Positions 8,623 through 17,075 of a stretch of DNA of 64,000 bases are shown piece after piece. Below the pieces are notes generated by a model that saw only the letters and a list, made by a program, of their open reading frames with translations, ran no database searches and was not told the origin of the DNA. The stretch is from Candidatus Binataceae bacterium (lineage in GTDB: Bacteria; Desulfobacterota; Binatia; Binatales; Binataceae): contig JBKQPD010000157.1 in NCBI GenBank assembly GCA_052145175.1, forward strand, positions 1,658 to 65,657, read 5' to 3'. The stretch's first letter is position 1, and each line of letters begins with the position of its first letter. The position numbers and the translations under genes were made by a program.

Positions 8623-9918
8623 TCACTTCAGCGCGAGCGTGCCGCCTTTTGCCGGGCTAGCCGTGATCGTGCTGGCCTGCCAGACGGCCGGCGCGAGCGC
8701 GTTGAAGCTGGCGTCCTGCGGCCCGATGATCACGAGCACCGCGTCGCCGCGCGCCTCGATCCAGTGCTGGTGCCGCGGGCCTTTCTGATCGTCCAGAATC
8801 GAGAGGTAATCCAGCGCGAACTCGTGCGCCGACGCGTTGTCGTGAAACGCCAGCAGCCAGACCAGTGTGATCGCGCCGTCTTTATCGAGGGCGATCATCC
8901 GATCACCCCGCCAGGTCGCCGGAATTTTCAGCGCGGGCGAACCGGCCGGCAGGTTGCGGTCGAAGATAATTTTCAGCAGCAGCTCGCCGAACGTATCTTC
9001 ATCGACTTTTTTCCATCCGGTGAGTGGTCCCTCGTAGCCCTTGACCGCGACGTTGAGCGGCGGCGTGCGATGGTCGAAATAGAGCGCGGGCTCCATGATC
9101 TCCTGCGAGGAGGTCGGCGGATCGTGGTAAAGCGCGTCGACCGCCGCCCAGCCACCACGCTCCCAGGCCTCGGCGACAAAACGGGTCCCGTGCGTGTACT
9201 GGAACATCAGCGGGATACTGAGGGCGAGCGGCGTGCCGCTCGCTTCGGGTTCGAAATTGTCGGGCACCGCGGCAAAGTGATCGACGATATTTTTTTCTTC
9301 TTCGGCCGACATTCCTCCGCCGACATAGGCCAGACCGGCGAGGGTCGCGTCACCCTCGATCACCGAATGGATGGCGATCTCCTGGTCGTCGTTGTGCTTG
9401 ACGCCGTTCAACAGACGGTTGAGGCCAAAATGCTGATCCTGGAGCGCGTGGGTCAATTCATGCGCCTGCAGCAGTTCGGTGGAGAACACCGAGCGGCCGG
9501 CCAGCGTGCTGCCCAGAACGCTCTTGCCGCGCACCTCGACCATCACCTTGTCGCCCGGATCATAGAAGCCGGCGACCTGCTGGCGCATCAGCTTAAGCTC
9601 TTCGTCTTTGAGGTCGGTACCCGGTGGAAACAAGCCGGTCATCACGCCCGTCTGTCCACCGATGCGCAACTCTTCGTTGGTGTTGTCGCGCATCAGCTTC
9701 CCGAGCATCATCTGCTGGGCCTCGTCCGTGCTTTTGACCACGAACGGCACTTTCTGGGTGAAACTGAGATGGCGCAGTTGTTCGAGGCCGTTTTCGACGT
9801 CGTTCGCCGAACTCTGGTCGATCGCACCGCTGCATCCCGCCACGGCGAGGCCCGCCGCGATCGCCAAGCATCCCAGCAATGAGCATCTACGCCTGATGAC
9901 AGTCCCCATCGTCCCCAT
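8623..9918 (-). CDS. Lipoprotein, putative zinc metallopeptidase
   Basis: Signal peptide with lipobox (LAVAGC) and an HExxH motif (AHELTHALQDQHF). Family not identified. Confidence 0.55.
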   Translation of the reverse strand: MGTMGTVIRRRCSLLGCLAIAAGLAVAGCSGAIDQSSANDVENGLEQLRHLSFTQKVPFVVKSTDEAQQMMLGKLMRDNTNEELRIGGQTGVMTGLFPPGTDLKDEELKLMRQQVAGFYDPGDKVMVEVRGKSVLGSTLAGRSVFSTELLQAHELTHALQDQHFGLNRLLNGVKHNDDQEIAIHSVIEGDATLAGLAYVGGGMSAEEEKNIVDHFAAVPDNFEPEASGTPLALSIPLMFQYTHGTRFVAEAWERGGWAAVDALYHDPPTSSQEIMEPALYFDHRTPPLNVAVKGYEGPLTGWKKVDEDTFGELLLKIIFDRNLPAGSPALKIPATWRGDRMIALDKDGAITLVWLLAFHDNASAHEFALDYLSILDDQKGPRHQHWIEARGDAVLVIIGPQDASFNALAPAVWQASTITASPAKGGTLALK

Positions 9919-9944
9919 GCGCAGTCTTTATTAACGCAGAATAT

Positions 9945-10619
9945 CTACTCGGTTACAATCTTGGCGTGATACCCCTTCCGGGCGAGACTCGTGGCGCGCA
10001 GCTCCGCCTGATGCCGGTCCATATAGGCGCCCAGCCTGACCCGATAGCGCCGGTCACCGTCAATCCCGGCCTCCGTCACCCGGACCTCCGGGTAGCTGGC
10101 CGCGAGGTGCTTGCCGAGCTGGCGCGCGTTCGCGGCGTTCGCGAAAGACCCCACTTGAACGAAGTAGCGCTGGCCGAGCGCCGGGCCGCCGGCCGGAGTG
10201 GCGAGAACGTCCATGCGCACAGGGGCGGTACCGCGGCCGATCATCGCCAACTTGACCGCCGCCTTATGCGACAGGTCGATTCCACGACCCTTCACGTAGG
10301 GTCCGTGATCGTTGACGATGACGTTGACCGCACGGCCGTTGTCGAGATTCGTCACGCGAAGCTGGGTGCCAAGCGGAAAGCGCGTCGACGCCGCCGTCAG
10401 CCCCTCCCGATTGTAAGTAGCCCCGCTCGACGTGCGATGGCCGTCGAAACCCGGCCCGTACCACGACGCGACACCCACTACCGAAGCCCCGGACGAAACG
10501 GGCAGGGCAGGGGGACTGACCGGGCGCGGCGTCGAGCATGCCGCGAAAGTGCTCACGAGCACCATCAGCGAGACCGAACGGAATGCGATCCGCGTTGTCT
10601 CCACCACCAGCTCCCCCAA
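9945..10619 (-). CDS. rlpA: Septal-ring lytic transglycosylase RlpA family protein (DPBB plus SPOR domains)
   Basis: ASWYGPGFDGHRTSSGATYN..FPLGTQLRVTNLDNGRAVNVIVNDHGPYVKGRGIDLS is the RlpA double-psi beta-barrel. The C-terminal YFVQVGSFANAANA..YRVRLG is a SPOR domain. Confidence 0.85.
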   Translation of the reverse strand: MGELVVETTRIAFRSVSLMVLVSTFAACSTPRPVSPPALPVSSGASVVGVASWYGPGFDGHRTSSGATYNREGLTAASTRFPLGTQLRVTNLDNGRAVNVIVNDHGPYVKGRGIDLSHKAAVKLAMIGRGTAPVRMDVLATPAGGPALGQRYFVQVGSFANAANARQLGKHLAASYPEVRVTEAGIDGDRRYRVRLGAYMDRHQAELRATSLARKGYHAKIVTE

Positions 10620-10718
10620 TCGCGGCGATTATACACCATCCGCCTTCCGCCTGTGCATAGACCACGGGCGGCGAGTTCGGCGTTGTCAAGTGGCCGTGAT
10701 AGCATCAGTACATTACCG

Positions 10719-11873
10719 ATGTTACGCACGAGAGCCGACCTTGAAGATTTGGAAGCGCGGACTCTCGCATCCTACGCGATGCCTTCGCGCGCGAGCCAGG
10801 GACGGCAGGTCCCTGAGCTGCCGCATCCGATGCGCACCTGCTTTCAGCGTGATCGCGATCGGATTATCCACTGCGCGGCGTTCCGCCGACTCGAATACAA
10901 GACGCAGGTCTTCGTCAACCATGAGGGCGATTACTATCGCACGCGCCTGACCCATACGATCGAAGCCGCCCAGATAACCCGCACCGTGGCCCAGGCGCTC
11001 GGTCTGAACCGTGATCTGGCCGAGGCGGTCGCGCTGGCCCACGATCTCGGCCATCCGCCGTTTGGCCATGCGGGCGAGCGGATCCTGAATGATCTGATGA
11101 GGCCGCACGGCGGGTTCGACCATAATGCGCAGAGTCTCCGCACGGTGGATTGGATCGAGGTGCGCTATCCGGGCTTTCGCGGACTCAATCTGAGTTACGA
11201 AGTACGCGAGGGCATCATCAAGCATTCGGCCTTCAAAGGCCGCGCCGCCGCGCGTGAATTTGATCCGGCGCTCTATCCGTGCCTCGAAGCGCAGATCGTC
11301 GATCTCGCGGACGAAATTGCCTATCTCGCGCATGACGCCGACGACGGGGTGAAGGCCGGCATGCTCACGGTGGCCAATCTCGAAACCACGCAGATCTATC
11401 GCGACGCGCGCAGTTCGATCACGGCGCTCGATAGCGACCCGCGCCTCGCGCGCTACCAGATCGTCAACCGGATGATCGATCTGATGGTGACCGACCTGGT
11501 TGCCAATATCGATCACGAACTCGGCGCGGCCGACGTTGCCAGTGTCGACCAGGTGCGGCAGGCGGGCCGCGCGCTCGCGAGTTTCAGCCCGGCGATGGAC
11601 ACACGCGTCGCGGAACTCAAACGGCTGATGCGCGATCATCTGTACCACCACTATCGCGTAACCCGGATGACCGAAAAGGCGGGGCGCGTGCTGGGCCAGT
11701 TGTTCGAGGCCTACATGAGCGAGCCGCGCCAGATGCCGGATCACGTGCTGGGACGCGCCACGCGCGAGGGTGAGGCGCTGGCGCGCGTGGTCGCCGATTA
11801 TATCGCGGGGATGACCGATCGCTTCGCGCTCGACGAGTATCGCAAGCTGTTCGATCCCGACGAGCGGGTTTGA
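10719..11873 (+). CDS. dGTP triphosphohydrolase-like HD-domain protein
   Basis: FQRDRDRIIHCAAFRRLEYKTQVF and AHDLGHPPFGHAGE motifs of the Dgt family. Start at ATG 10719; the long upstream in-frame extension is antisense to rlpA. Confidence 0.85.
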   Translation: MLRTRADLEDLEARTLASYAMPSRASQGRQVPELPHPMRTCFQRDRDRIIHCAAFRRLEYKTQVFVNHEGDYYRTRLTHTIEAAQITRTVAQALGLNRDLAEAVALAHDLGHPPFGHAGERILNDLMRPHGGFDHNAQSLRTVDWIEVRYPGFRGLNLSYEVREGIIKHSAFKGRAAAREFDPALYPCLEAQIVDLADEIAYLAHDADDGVKAGMLTVANLETTQIYRDARSSITALDSDPRLARYQIVNRMIDLMVTDLVANIDHELGAADVASVDQVRQAGRALASFSPAMDTRVAELKRLMRDHLYHHYRVTRMTEKAGRVLGQLFEAYMSEPRQMPDHVLGRATREGEALARVVADYIAGMTDRFALDEYRKLFDPDERV

Positions 11874-12052
11874 GCATCCTGGCAGGGTGTTGAGAAAGGT
11901 CATCATGGCGAAATGATAACGCACACTGTCTCAACATCCTGCGTAAAAGTTGGCTTCCTTCCACCATCTTCTCCCCCTGACCAGGGGGAGATAAGAGAGA
12001 GGGAGCAGGCCGTGCGGACTTTCGCAACGGGCCTGCTAGGCGGAGGCGACCA

Positions 12053-12691
12053 ATGAAGCGGCTGGCCCAACGACGGCGAATCATTATCCTGCGGGACGAT
12101 CATATCGGCGACCCGTTAGGCGCCATCTTCCTGGAACCTTCGCTCGACAAAGAAGAATGGACGATCGGCCTCCTGCGCACTTATCTGGGCCGGCGCGTCC
12201 GCGTGTTGAAAGTCGAACTGATGGCGGAGCGCGCGGAGGTCGAGGTCGCGGTGCAGGCCTTGAGCGAGGAGGCGGGCCGCCTGGTGGCGACCGCCCGGGA
12301 TCTGAAGAACAAGGGTGCGCCGCGCAACGCGCTCGAGCTCTTCCGGCAGGCGCTCGAACTCGATCCCCTTAACCACACCGCCGCAGCCGAGCTGGGACTG
12401 CTCTTCGCCGAACTCGAGCGCCTTCCCGAGGCGCTCGCGATGCTCAAGCGGGCGCGTGAGACCGGGCCGGAGGACGCCGCGCTCCTCTATGCGCTCGGGC
12501 AAACCTCGTTGCAGTTGGAACGGACCGCCAGCGCGATCATCTACCTGGAACGTGCCTACGAGCTGGCGCCCGGACATTTCGGTGTGCGCCGGGCTTTGAC
12601 CGAACTCGGGCGCAAGCCCAAGCCCGTTCCGCGCGCCTCAGCGACCGCGCCCCGTCCGACGCCCGTCGTCACCGATAGCAAACGCGGCTAG
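12053..12691 (+). CDS. TPR-repeat protein
   Basis: 212-aa ORF with three or more TPR-like repeats (ALELFRQALELDPLNHTAAAELG.., AIIYLERAYELAPGH). Start uncertain. Confidence 0.55.
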   Translation: MKRLAQRRRIIILRDDHIGDPLGAIFLEPSLDKEEWTIGLLRTYLGRRVRVLKVELMAERAEVEVAVQALSEEAGRLVATARDLKNKGAPRNALELFRQALELDPLNHTAAAELGLLFAELERLPEALAMLKRARETGPEDAALLYALGQTSLQLERTASAIIYLERAYELAPGHFGVRRALTELGRKPKPVPRASATAPRPTPVVTDSKRG

Positions 12692-13035
12692 CAGAATCCT
12701 GCGTTGCGAATGCCTTAAATCGTATCCTTTTGTCGTGCCCCGCCTCCGACTGATTGTATTGAGTCAGAGCCACAGCACCATGCTCTCACCGGCGCGGAGG
12801 TAGTCTCCGTGACGAGCCGTAACGTTCGGATCGCCGTAACTCCAATGACAAGTCAGTAATGTTACCAAGTGGACAGATAGTGCTACTTGTTGATTAGGTG
12901 CACTAGTCTCGCTAACTGAAAGGGGCCTTCTGCGACCGCGATCGGCCATACCGTTGAGTTTTTGTCTGATTTGGCGCAAGTTCAGCTGTCCGCATAGCTT
13001 CATATAACATCTATTAGCAGCTCATTCACGTCGTC

Positions 13036-13300
13036 AAACTCATATTATCTTAGGTTTATCTAGGATCGACCTATTTACTCTTAGCCGGTGGCTTCTGTGC
13101 TAATCGATGATACTACGACGTAGGATAATCACACTTATCTCTTATATCACGCATAAGTAAAGCTTTCGACGCATCCGCAAGCTGTACTAATACCACGGCC
13201 TAAGTTGAGTGAACATCACTCTTATCTTGATTATAAGTATACCTTTCGACCTATATGCCGCTCTTTGACTTCATTAGTACCATCGCTAATTGATGTTTCT
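13036..13300. repeat. Three degenerate ~87-90-bp tandem repeats in an AT-rich non-coding region (iteron or operator-like)
   Basis: The pattern CAyWyTTATCT..(22-32 nt)..(A/T)TCGAC(C/G)YAT recurs, with TTATCT at 13045, 13135 and 13222 and CGAC at 13067, 13167 and 13247. Units 1 and 3 also share CTAAT(C/T)GATG. Confidence 0.5.
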
Positions 13301-13428
13301 CTGATCTTTAATAAGAGAAAGATCGTTTAGCTATGCCTAAACTGTTGCTTTTTTTCTTAACGATGCCACTATGCCCTTGCGGATTGGGCTCCGCACTCGA
13401 ATAACTTTCTGGGAGGAGTTCTAACACT

Positions 13429-14016
13429 ATGGGCAAAAGAGCGCTTCTAACCTTGGTCGCGTTGGCAGTGACGGCCTTTACGATGTCGGGAGTCGCGCTG
13501 GCTGCGTCCCCGACCGCAACCCCGACCCCAAAGGCGGCAGCGACGGCGGCGTTCTCGGTCGACTATTACTCGAATGCAGGAAGCACCGCGAGTAATGCCA
13601 TTCCCGCGTCAGTTCGGGTCTGCAACGTTTCAGGCGCGACAGAGTGGGGGTTGTTTTACGTGACCGATCAAGACCAGGAATTGAAGGAATGTTGCTCCTG
13701 TGAGTTCACCAACGGCGGATGCCGGACACTCACAGTGGATGGGGATCTAACCGCTAACCCGGCAAACGGCGAAGCGACGGTAGACGGCAGCATCGCGCTT
13801 ATCTCGGCGTCGAGCAGCAGCGATACCAAACCGGTGGCGTCTGGATCGCTTGCCGCGTGGTCGACTCACGACCAGAGCAACGGCTGGATGACGGAGACTC
13901 CGTTCACCGGTGAGGCGTTGTCTAGCACAGCTGAGAGCAATCTGGCAGCGGAGTGCTCAGCAGTCATCCTGGTCGGTAGCGGCACAGGCATCTGCTCCTG
14001 CGGTACTGGAGACTAG
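13429..14016 (+). CDS. Exported Cys-rich protein of unknown function
   Basis: GGAGG RBS 8 nt upstream, signal peptide (LVALAVTAFTMSGVALA/AS), PT-rich linker, and clustered cysteines (KECCSCEFTNGGC, GICSCGTGD). No family recognised. Confidence 0.6.
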   Translation: MGKRALLTLVALAVTAFTMSGVALAASPTATPTPKAAATAAFSVDYYSNAGSTASNAIPASVRVCNVSGATEWGLFYVTDQDQELKECCSCEFTNGGCRTLTVDGDLTANPANGEATVDGSIALISASSSSDTKPVASGSLAAWSTHDQSNGWMTETPFTGEALSSTAESNLAAECSAVILVGSGTGICSCGTGD

Positions 14017-14034
14017 GCCATGAGATGGGGCGCT

Positions 14035-14061
14035 GAGTTGGGTCCGGGAAGGTCCCAACTC
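14035..14061 (+). terminator. Hairpin downstream of the Cys-rich protein gene
   Basis: gagttgggtcc / gggaa / ggtcccaactc: 11-bp stem with one T-T mismatch, 19 nt after the stop codon. No U-tract. Confidence 0.3.
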
Positions 14062-14240
14062 ACGCCTCCGAATGCCAAAGCCCCTGATAGGGGTAGCGGG
14101 CGAACGTAGATTGCGGAGCCCAAACGCAAAACCAACTTTCATGAACCTCGAATTCTCTTAGGATAGACCGGCAGCAGGGCGGCAAAGGCAAAAGCGATCG
14201 GCTCGAATAGGCGGCTCCGGTGAATACCCCAGGCAGGCTG

Positions 14241-14420
14241 ATGAAGGTCGCGGAACTGGCTGATTACCTAAAGGTGCACCCCACAACGATCTATCGGTTG
14301 GTCAGGGTCGGCGCGATTCCAGCATTCAAGATTGGGAACAACTGGCGCTTCGATGCTGAGATAATCGATCGATGGCAGTCAAGCCAAAGCGCGGCAGTGC
14401 GCACAAGAGAACGCCGTTGA
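14241..14420 (+). CDS. Excisionase-family (MerR-type) helix-turn-helix DNA-binding protein
   Basis: MKVAELADYLKVHPTTIYRLVRVGAIPAFKIGNNWRFDAEIIDRW matches the excisionase/Xis-type HTH_17 pattern. In-frame GTG 14220 is an alternative start. Confidence 0.7.
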   Translation: MKVAELADYLKVHPTTIYRLVRVGAIPAFKIGNNWRFDAEIIDRWQSSQSAAVRTRERR

Positions 14421-14742
14421 GCCCAGAGGAGCGTCGGCCGTAGATGAAAGCGGCGCCTTGCGAGCCTAAAAGTCTCAGGTTCCACTTATCGTTCCCGAGA
14501 AACAGAGTTGATCGGAAGACGCTGCGCCGGAGCGTAAAAGCGAGCGCGGAACGGCTTGGGTATACGGCGAAAAATAACCCATGCTGAATCTTCGGAAGTG
14601 AAGATCGGACCTTCTTTCGCTTTCAGTAGACAATACGGGACGTGCGTTGTCACTCCCTGGCGCGGCTTTACGATGGAGGCCGCAGTTGTTGGCTGACTTG
14701 GTTCGCTACAACCCGCCTGACAAGGGCGAGCGAGGATACTTG

Positions 14743-15837
14743 ATGAAACTCCGAGGTTTTTCAGGGCGCGCATGGCTCAGCTCGATTCTGCGTGCGGCGA
14801 GTCTCGTCGCGATGGCCAGCGCGCTGGCGGGGCCAACAGGCATTGCACGGGCGGACCAGCGCGACGACGACAATGCCGTGTTCGCGACCGTTGGCGACCA
14901 CCAGATCACCAAGAAGGACGTCGATGACGCTATTATGCGCGGCGTCAGCCCCGCCCAACTCTACGACCTGCGCAAGCGCGCGCTCGATAAATTGGTCAAC
15001 GACTATTTGGTCGATCAGGCCGCGAAGAAGGCGGGTCTGTCGACCCAGCAGTATCTGGCCGCACAAGGCGCTCTGAGTAAAATCACTGACGCCGACGCGC
15101 GGAAGTTCTATGACGATCATAAGGCCGAGATCGACGCGAAAGCCAAGGGCCAGGGCTTTGAGCAACTGAAGAGCCGCATAGTCGCGGGGCTCGAGCACAA
15201 TCTCGCGCGGAAGAATCAAGAAGACCTCATGGCCAAGCTGCGCAACCAAAACAATGTCACGGTGATGCTCGAAGCCCCGCGCTTTAAAGTTGCCAGCGAT
15301 AACCATCCATGGAGCGGCGGTAAGGATGCCACCGTCACGGTGATCGAGTTCTCAGACTTTCAATGTCCCTACTGTCGCGCTGCGGAGGGCAGCGTCAAGC
15401 AGGTTCGCGCCAAGTACGGCGACCGTGTGAAATTTGTCTACGAGGATTTCCCACTGGGATTCCACGAACACGCAATGGATGCAGCGCGCGCCGCCCGCTG
15501 CGCCGGCGAACAGGACAAGTTCTGGCAATACCACGACGCGCTGTTTGAGGATCAATCCAAGCTGGCGGTCGCGGACCTGAAGGCCAAAGCGGCCAAGCTC
15601 GGGCTTGATAGCCATAAATTCGCGGCCTGCTTCGACAAACGAGCGCCCGATGCGGCTATCAAGGCCGATCAGGCTCAGGGGCAAGCACTCGGGATAACGG
15701 GCACCCCGACCTTCTATATCAATGGACGGCAGCTATCAGGCGCTCAACCTCCGGATAAATTTGCCGAGGTGATGGACGAAGAGCTCGCCAAGGGACCACC
15801 GCCCACCGCCCGGCAAGCCAGCAACAAGACGGACTGA
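14743..15837 (+). CDS. Exported DsbA-family thiol:disulfide oxidoreductase with SurA-N-like chaperone domain
   Basis: Signal peptide, N-terminal SurA_N-like helical segment (ITKKDVDDAI..LVNDYLVDQAAKK), and a thioredoxin fold with FSDFQCPYCR (CPYC active site) and GITGTPTFYING. Confidence 0.75.
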   Translation: MKLRGFSGRAWLSSILRAASLVAMASALAGPTGIARADQRDDDNAVFATVGDHQITKKDVDDAIMRGVSPAQLYDLRKRALDKLVNDYLVDQAAKKAGLSTQQYLAAQGALSKITDADARKFYDDHKAEIDAKAKGQGFEQLKSRIVAGLEHNLARKNQEDLMAKLRNQNNVTVMLEAPRFKVASDNHPWSGGKDATVTVIEFSDFQCPYCRAAEGSVKQVRAKYGDRVKFVYEDFPLGFHEHAMDAARAARCAGEQDKFWQYHDALFEDQSKLAVADLKAKAAKLGLDSHKFAACFDKRAPDAAIKADQAQGQALGITGTPTFYINGRQLSGAQPPDKFAEVMDEELAKGPPPTARQASNKTD

Positions 15838-15879
15838 GCGGCGCGATGGCGCGTACCTGCGAACCTCGCCGGCCACCGA

Positions 15880-16740
15880 TCAACAGTTCGGGGCTGTGCT
15901 GTAATCCACGCAGGCCGAGCTCCACAGAAGGTTGTTATTCGTATCGCTTAACGACCAGATCACGGACACGTCGGTCATGTTGGCGCGATGAGTGAACCAG
16001 AAGATATAGCCAAGCGTACCGAACGACTCGGGGGTGTCGGAGTCGTTGAGCTGGTCATTCTGATTGGCCGGAAGACAGCCGCTTCCGGTATACAGCTCGC
16101 CCTGGAGGATCAGGGTCGCCGGACTGGCCAGTTGGAAATCCAATGCCTGGTACTCGCTGCCGCCGGTCTCATACCAACACCCTTCGTAGGTGAGGTTTAA
16201 ACCCGATGGCGTCGAGGTTGCCGTGGGCGATGGCGTCGGTGTCTGGGTTACGCCCAGGAAGCTCATCGCGAACGCGGTCCCGTGAATGGGTTGAGAACGT
16301 GGATTCAGGATCGGCTGCACCAGAAACGACTCCACGACGGAATCCGAAGCAAAGAAGGTTTTCGAGTTGGTGCCCGCTCTCATCGTGAACCCTTTCTGCG
16401 GGTTGGAACAGGAAGAATTCGTCGAGAACATTACCGAGGCTGCGCTGGACAAATGCAAGACAACCAATTCATTCTGCGCAAGCGTGAATGGCGATCCGTT
16501 CTGGTTGATCGCTGTAACCGTATAGCGTGTGCATTGGTTTGTTGGTACGCTCGCCGGCCCGGATATTACCGCGCCCGACAGCACCGGCGTGGCAGCGGCC
16601 TCGGCGACCGCCTCGCTCGCGCCGTTGAGGACGTAGGTGAAGGAAGCTCCCGCTCTTGCCCGGTGCGGAGCATTCCACCACGAGCTCAGAGAAAAGAAAC
16701 AACCCGCCAGAGCCAGAAGACTGAACAATACCCGTTTCAT
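15880..16740 (-). CDS. Exported protein (possible lipoprotein) with Ig-like N-domain, PT linker and Cys-rich C-domain; function unknown
   Basis: MKRVLFSLLALAGCFF signal/lipobox, TPTPSPTATSTP linker, and six cysteines in the C-terminal half. Start moved to the internal ATG (16740). Confidence 0.55.
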   Translation of the reverse strand: MKRVLFSLLALAGCFFSLSSWWNAPHRARAGASFTYVLNGASEAVAEAAATPVLSGAVISGPASVPTNQCTRYTVTAINQNGSPFTLAQNELVVLHLSSAASVMFSTNSSCSNPQKGFTMRAGTNSKTFFASDSVVESFLVQPILNPRSQPIHGTAFAMSFLGVTQTPTPSPTATSTPSGLNLTYEGCWYETGGSEYQALDFQLASPATLILQGELYTGSGCLPANQNDQLNDSDTPESFGTLGYIFWFTHRANMTDVSVIWSLSDTNNNLLWSSACVDYSTAPNC

Positions 16741-17075
16741 TTCGATTCGCCCCCTTTGAAGCTGGCGCGCAACAGTTCTGTCCTGGAGAAGCTGTTGCAA
16801 CCACCGCCGTCGTTTAGATCGGTCTTGCGTCCCGGTACATTCCTGGCGTCTCTGACATTGACGACAAACTTACCCAATCCACTTTCGTGCTCCTGCGCGT
16901 GTCCACGCAACCCGGACGAGGCCTACAAGAAAGGTCAAACAAGATGAGGAAACACAAGATGCTATTTCAGGTGCTATTAAAGCAAAGTCGATCTTGGATC
17001 CAGGGCTCTTGCGCATTATATACGCCCTTCCAGCGGATGACACGGTGGTTTGCAATGACTTCATCGGGATCAATC

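Noticed and set aside
8764-9882. 372-aa ORF on the + strand
   Set aside because: It is fully antisense to the HExxH lipoprotein gene. Its composition is Arg/Val/Gly-rich and typical of shadow ORFs in high-GC DNA, with no recognisable motif.
9966-10718. 250-aa N-terminal extension of the dGTPase ORF
   Set aside because: The extension is antisense to rlpA and Arg/Pro-rich. The Dgt homology only begins after ATG 10719.
10722-11924. 400-aa minus-strand ORF
   Set aside because: Antisense shadow of the dGTPase gene. It has no motifs and an Arg/His/Ala-rich composition.
12764-13003. 79-aa minus-strand ORF in the AT-rich island
   Set aside because: It has no RBS or start context and is not convincing as a live gene. 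The weak resemblance of its C-terminus to a tyrosine-recombinase tail is only mentioned as a possible relic in the island finding.
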